Positions 59,814 through 64,000 of a DNA stretch of 64,000 bases are shown here, one piece after another. Position numbers and translations under genes: made by a program. Origin of the DNA: Planctomycetota bacterium (GTDB lineage Bacteria; Planctomycetota; UBA1135; UBA2386); the NCBI GenBank assembly GCA_965223545.1, contig OZ245006.1:6528001-6592000 (forward strand). The letters are read 5' to 3'. Position 1 is the first letter of the stretch. The number at the start of each line of letters is the position of its first letter. A model generated the notes under the pieces. The model did not search any database. It saw nothing but the letters and a program-made list of their open reading frames with translations, and was not told the DNA's origin.

Positions 59814-60393
59814 GCGAAAGGCAGGACTCCCAACCAGCTTCGACCTGCAGGTAGAGCCGTCCGCCGTTGCCGACATGGGTGACTACCTTGACGAAGTGGA
59901 CTCCGTGAAGACGGTCGGCGTTCGTTCTCAACGCGACGTCGTCGAGCGAGAGGAGCGGGGACAAGTGTCTCCGGAGGCCGCTCCTCGCAAGGGGGACCGT
60001 GCGGTGGCTACCGAACCAGAGTCGCGGTCCCATCCGCCGACGCGGAGATCCGACCCGAAGAGTCAGTCTCCACGATCGAAGCGACGAGGTGCTCGGCCGC
60101 CACGTAGCGAGATCGGGTTCGATCCAGAAACACTTGAGCAGCTGCAGAAGCTCTGGGCCGACGCGATCGCCAAGGGTGGAGAGCCCAACCTGTCTCGCTC
60201 CGACATCGCGCGGGGGTGCATCCGCGCCGCTTTCGAGGCGAAGCGCGAGATCGACTTTACCGGCATCCGGCCGCGCGGAGCCTGGCGAAGCCAGACAGCA
60301 CGCGCGCTGCAAGACACCATCACGACCGCCGTCATGAAGGGCATCGGTCGGATCTACCAGGCGCGCTACGCGGCTGACGACGACCGGCGGTAG
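59806..60393 (+). CDS. Putative ParA partner (centromere-binding, RHH-like)
   Basis: Overlaps parA; disordered N-terminus, LSRSDIAR helix. Confidence 0.6.
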   Translation: MPKRKAGLPTSFDLQVEPSAVADMGDYLDEVDSVKTVGVRSQRDVVEREERGQVSPEAAPRKGDRAVATEPESRSHPPTRRSDPKSQSPRSKRRGARPPRSEIGFDPETLEQLQKLWADAIAKGGEPNLSRSDIARGCIRAAFEAKREIDFTGIRPRGAWRSQTARALQDTITTAVMKGIGRIYQARYAADDDRR

Positions 60394-60407
60394 CGTTGCC
60401 GTCGCCG

Positions 60408-60455
60408 TGTCCCGGGTAGCGATACCCGGGACACGGCGGGCGGATCCCGGGAGAT
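60408..60455. repeat. Further copies of the parS-like palindrome downstream of the par operon
   Basis: tgtcccgggtagcgatacccgggaca and gatcccggga. Confidence 0.75.
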
Positions 60456-60507
60456 AGATCCGGCGGCGTGACCGCAGCGCGAAGGTGATGGCATCTTCTC
60501 GAAGATG

Positions 60508-62241
60508 CTACGTGAAGTCCGGAAGTAGTTCACAGCGGTCCCAGGCGGGAGTGAAGACGAGCACACCGTAGCGCGCCCTTGTTATCGCCACGCTTAGTAG
60601 GCGCCTACTTCTGGGCAAGCCATTGTCGCGCGGATCACCCGGTAGAACCAATCGGTTGTGCGGACCGAATCCGTCCACGATGAAGACCGCGTCGAACTCC
60701 TTCCCCTTGCACTTGTGGAGGGTGAGTAAGACGCGGCGCGCCCCGGCTCCAGCCGAGTCGGTAAGTCGCTCTCGCAGAAGGACGTCGTCACCGAGTTCAA
60801 CCGCGCCGGCGTAGCATCCGTTCGCGTGATAGGTTTCCGCAAGACGCTCGGTAGCTGGCTCCCTTTCGCCCGCCGGAAGACGGAGGTCCAGGGTGCGCAC
60901 GACTCGAGCGAAGTGCTTGCCCGGCAACCCGCGGAGAATCTCTCGGATCGCGCGCAGATCTCGGATGGGGTCGCCGGTGCGTGCCCTAGTAGCATCATTC
61001 ACTTTGGCGAGAAGCTGCTTCACGGCACGCATCTGGCCGGTGACGCTGTTCTGGGCAACAGCCTGGCTCCATTCGGCCAGGCGTGCAGCCTGCTTAGCTG
61101 CTTCTCCGCCTTTCCGCAGACGGTGGATGTTAGCAAGGAGCTGGAACGCATCTGCGACACAAGCCCGTTGCGGTTCCGGTTCCGCTTCGAGGAGGCGAAG
61201 GGCGATGCGCCACGCAAACACGATGCTCTCATAAGAGAGAAGGACCTGATGTCCGAATGGTCGCGGGAAGGCATCGCTGGGTGTCTTCAAGAGCCCGGAA
61301 AGCTCTCCAACACGCCTGTTTCGCGTTGCCATGATCGCGATGGTCGGAGAGGCGCCTTGCCCAAGGCGCTTCATGAGGCGCTTCTCGGTTGATACCAGGG
61401 CCTTCTTCAACGAATCAGCCAAGTCGGCGTTCTTGCGGATTCCCCAGAGTGCTACATCACTTGGCTTTTTGATCCGTGGGGCGTCGTCGAGCACGGCTCG
61501 CGCAACTGCAACCAGGTCGCGCTCGCCGCTTCGATGGTTGGTGCCTTCCAGCTTGACGACCTTGAAGCGGCCCGTGGCTTCGAGTTGCTCGAGCCGATCA
61601 TGGCGCGAGCCAGGACGGTAGTCGTAGATCCGCTGTTCTGGGTCTCCGAGACAGATGAGCTGGCTTTGAGCGGCGAGGTTTCCGATGAGGGTGTCCTCGT
61701 TGTCATCCGTGTCCTGGTATTCGTCAACGAGGATGAGCGGATAGGCGCTCGAGTAGGCGGCAGCTAGATGTTCGTGCCGTTCGATGAGGTTGAGGCAGAG
61801 AGGGGCGAAACGGTCAAAGGTCACGTGGCCCTCTTCTTGCTCCAGGCGCCCGATTTCGCCCTCGCTGTCGTCTGGATGGCTGGCCTCGACAAGTCCAAGT
61901 TCTTCGGGTGGAAACAGCTTGAAGGCGGGCAGGCCCACGAGTTTGTGATGGGACGCAAGAAGGCGATAGCAGAAGGCGTGAAACGTAGTGACGTGGAGTA
62001 AGCGCCGCGTTTCGCGTGTCAGGTTGTCGCCCGCGGCAGCGCGAATGCGTTGCACCGCTGCGTTGGAGAAGCTCACGAACAGCACGCGCTGGAAGTCCAG
62101 CATCTGCCCGCCGCGAATCAGTTTGGCGGCTTTCCACAGCGCAACGGAAGTCTTGCCCGTTCCGGGTCGGCCGATGACGAGCAAGTTCTCGTCGCTATCG
62201 AGAACCCTCTGCTGGCTCTTCGTCGGTTTCTTCTTCCCCAT
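60508..62241 (-). CDS. UvrD-like helicase (GajB-like)
   Basis: GRPGTGKT, TFHAF, VDEYQDT, GDPEQRIY, NHRS, TLHKCKGKEFD, VAITRAR. Confidence 0.88.
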   Translation of the reverse strand: MGKKKPTKSQQRVLDSDENLLVIGRPGTGKTSVALWKAAKLIRGGQMLDFQRVLFVSFSNAAVQRIRAAAGDNLTRETRRLLHVTTFHAFCYRLLASHHKLVGLPAFKLFPPEELGLVEASHPDDSEGEIGRLEQEEGHVTFDRFAPLCLNLIERHEHLAAAYSSAYPLILVDEYQDTDDNEDTLIGNLAAQSQLICLGDPEQRIYDYRPGSRHDRLEQLEATGRFKVVKLEGTNHRSGERDLVAVARAVLDDAPRIKKPSDVALWGIRKNADLADSLKKALVSTEKRLMKRLGQGASPTIAIMATRNRRVGELSGLLKTPSDAFPRPFGHQVLLSYESIVFAWRIALRLLEAEPEPQRACVADAFQLLANIHRLRKGGEAAKQAARLAEWSQAVAQNSVTGQMRAVKQLLAKVNDATRARTGDPIRDLRAIREILRGLPGKHFARVVRTLDLRLPAGEREPATERLAETYHANGCYAGAVELGDDVLLRERLTDSAGAGARRVLLTLHKCKGKEFDAVFIVDGFGPHNRLVLPGDPRDNGLPRSRRLLSVAITRARYGVLVFTPAWDRCELLPDFT

Positions 62242-62249
62242 TCGCTGCT

Positions 62250-64000
62250 TTACTCCGCAACATCGTCCGTTTCGCCATCCGGCTCAGCCAGGACGTCCGG
62301 AAGTAGGTCGGAGAACATCGCTGCAAGCGGGTCGTCTGCAGGAAGCAGCTTCTCCCCACACTGAAGATGGAGCTCGCCGAGGAACCCAAGTAGGGTCGGA
62401 GGGAGTTCGTCGGCAGGGCACATGGACACGAGGATTTCCGCGTAGCCCTCACCCTTGCGCGCCTTGAGAACGTCCTCGACGCAAGTGCGCCAAGACTCGT
62501 CTGCGTCGGTATCGGCGGGAACGGGCAGACTGGGGAAGTCGGTTCGGGAGCGAACGTCGCTGATGAAGGACTTCAGCACGTCGACTGGCACCTCGGCAGC
62601 GATGAGTCGCTCGAACCCGCGGTAGGAGAGCTCCCAGACTCGAGTGGCTGACCCTTCAATATCGCTCCGCATGTCGCCCGTAGCGATTGAGTCGCAGAAG
62701 ACAAAGCTCGGAATCCCGAGCTCAGCGAAGAACTCAGCCACCTTCGCGAGTTCTCCGTCGCCTCCGACTTCGACCGTGACTACTCCAGCAAGGTCGAGTG
62801 GGGCGTAGGCTGAGCCGGTGCGATGAAGAACGTCGCTTGCTGCCGGAATCGCGTAGAGCTCGGTGAGTCCTTCAACAAGCAAGACCGCCCGTCCGAGCAG
62901 TCCCTCTGCGAATCGAAGTCGAAACCCTTGCCGCAGAAACTTCTCCTTCACTCTGCCCTCAGGTTGGACGCGCGATGTAGACACACCGCCGTCCTCGGAC
63001 CGCGACAGCACGAGAATGTGGTCGGGAAGGAACTGCTCTGCTACGTAGGGGGAGTGACTCGTGGCGACCAGCTGGGTTGCGGATCGCTTCAGCTCGGAGA
63101 TGATTCGCCGTTGCGTGTGGGGGCCGAGCGCGATCTCGGGCTCCTCCATGGCGAAGATGACGTTTTGCTTGTTTGCAGCGATGGCACTCAAGAGAGACAG
63201 GACAAGAACGTTCGAGGTCCCTGCGCCAAGCCTGTCGAAGGGGAGCGAGTGGTCGCTTTCTCTGCTCGAGAGGAAGTAGCTGACGACCGTTCGCAGATGC
63301 TCACGGGTCAGCCGACTCACCTGAAGACTCGTCGAGCCGGTGTCTCCCTCCGCCAAGGCAACGAACTTGCGTATGTGCTGCTCGATGTCATTGAGCGCGT
63401 CACGGAGGTTTTCGTCTTGATCGAGCCGCTCACCCAGGTCACCAAGGCCGTCGAGAATCGACTCCCAAACACGCGGGCGCGCTGAACGCAGACGTAGCAG
63501 GACGTCAAGCAGACTCCCGCGCTGGAGGCTCGCGGCGCGACGAGCAGTCCGTAGGGACCTCAGATACAGGAACCCGATGGCCTGCTTGTGCCGCTTCGTG
63601 AGGGGCTCGAGTTCGTCTTCAGGTTTGTCGGGAGTTCGGAAGAAAGTCCGGACTGTGAACTCGTCTTCTTCGGAGTCATACCAGCCGAAGAATCCCACCC
63701 GGAGCACATACTGCTCCTCCCCGAGGGTGAGGTCATCGAGTTCAGCATGCGTGTACGGTCGATGTTCGTCCGCGTTCCATGCCTCAAGATGGGCACGAAA
63801 CCGTGTGCGCTCGTTTGCGTCGAGACGCCCCAGCACGACCTCGATCTCGATTCTGGGTGGGGTGGCGGTCTCGGTCTCCGACTGGTCAACCTCGGAGTTT
63901 GCCGCAACCTCAACCGGCTGGTAGTTGCCTCGGTGGAAGTCGTGTTCGTTGATAGTGTCGGGACCCGCGGCTCGATCAGGCCCGAGCACAAGGTCCAGTG
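62250..64000 (-). CDS. OLD-family ATP-dependent nuclease (GajA-like), 5' end outside window
   Basis: LGAG signature, AMEEPE, TSHSP, TOPRIM LLVEGLTE; adjacent to the UvrD helicase. Confidence 0.88.
   Translation of the reverse strand, partial: LDLVLGPDRAAGPDTINEHDFHRGNYQPVEVAANSEVDQSETETATPPRIEIEVVLGRLDANERTRFRAHLEAWNADEHRPYTHAELDDLTLGEEQYVLRVGFFGWYDSEEDEFTVRTFFRTPDKPEDELEPLTKRHKQAIGFLYLRSLRTARRAASLQRGSLLDVLLRLRSARPRVWESILDGLGDLGERLDQDENLRDALNDIEQHIRKFVALAEGDTGSTSLQVSRLTREHLRTVVSYFLSSRESDHSLPFDRLGAGTSNVLVLSLLSAIAANKQNVIFAMEEPEIALGPHTQRRIISELKRSATQLVATSHSPYVAEQFLPDHILVLSRSEDGGVSTSRVQPEGRVKEKFLRQGFRLRFAEGLLGRAVLLVEGLTELYAIPAASDVLHRTGSAYAPLDLAGVVTVEVGGDGELAKVAEFFAELGIPSFVFCDSIATGDMRSDIEGSATRVWELSYRGFERLIAAEVPVDVLKSFISDVRSRTDFPSLPVPADTDADESWRTCVEDVLKARKGEGYAEILVSMCPADELPPTLLGFLGELHLQCGEKLLPADDPLAAMFSDLLPDVLAEPDGETDDVAE

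Larger units (their letters stand above)
10473..64000. mobile_element. Integrated conjugative/mobilisable element (ICE/IME or integrated plasmid); right end outside window; may be composite
   Basis: att-like tRNA fragment at left end; relaxase, coupling protein, Rep, ParA, ArdC-like, MTase, recombinase, defence and metal cargo. Confidence 0.8.

Noticed and set aside
876..63924. Numerous Arg/Pro/Ala-rich alternative-frame and antisense ORFs in the track
   Set aside because: They overlap well-supported genes and are expected by chance in high-GC DNA.

Overview
High-GC bacterial DNA, probably Planctomycetota. This is inferred from the ECF sigma + WD40 Ser/Thr kinase pair and the style of the secreted proteins. 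Bases 1-10.4 kb look chromosomal: an SGNH hydrolase, the kinase-ECF pair, two secreted proteins and a decayed partial copy of the SGNH gene. A 3'-half tRNA-Phe fragment at 10427-10472 marks a probable att site. Everything to its right looks like a large integrated conjugative or mobilisable element running past the window end. Its backbone has a MobF relaxase, TraD-like coupling protein, Rep-like protein, ParA with palindromic repeats, ArdC-like protein, DNA methyltransferase and tyrosine recombinase. Its defence cargo is a TerY-P triad, YhcG, DUF3800, HEPN and a Gabija-like pair. Its heavy-metal cargo is two RND systems, a CDF transporter and a MerR cassette. The most striking observation is in the MerR cassette (27.0-30.2 kb). 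Two genes that the ORF track splits into fragments read as continuous frames whose in-frame TGA codons fall in Cys-type active-site motifs and are followed by SECIS-like hairpins. One is an HMA(UxxU)-thioredoxin(UxxC) lipoprotein with three putative selenocysteines. The other is a PDZ-thioredoxin protein with a tandem UU. Together with a MerT-HMA transporter and a CopZ-like protein they sit under three matching MerR-type promoters, and ~65-bp direct repeats next to a recombinase bound the cassette. All family assignments come from motif recognition by eye; no searches were run.
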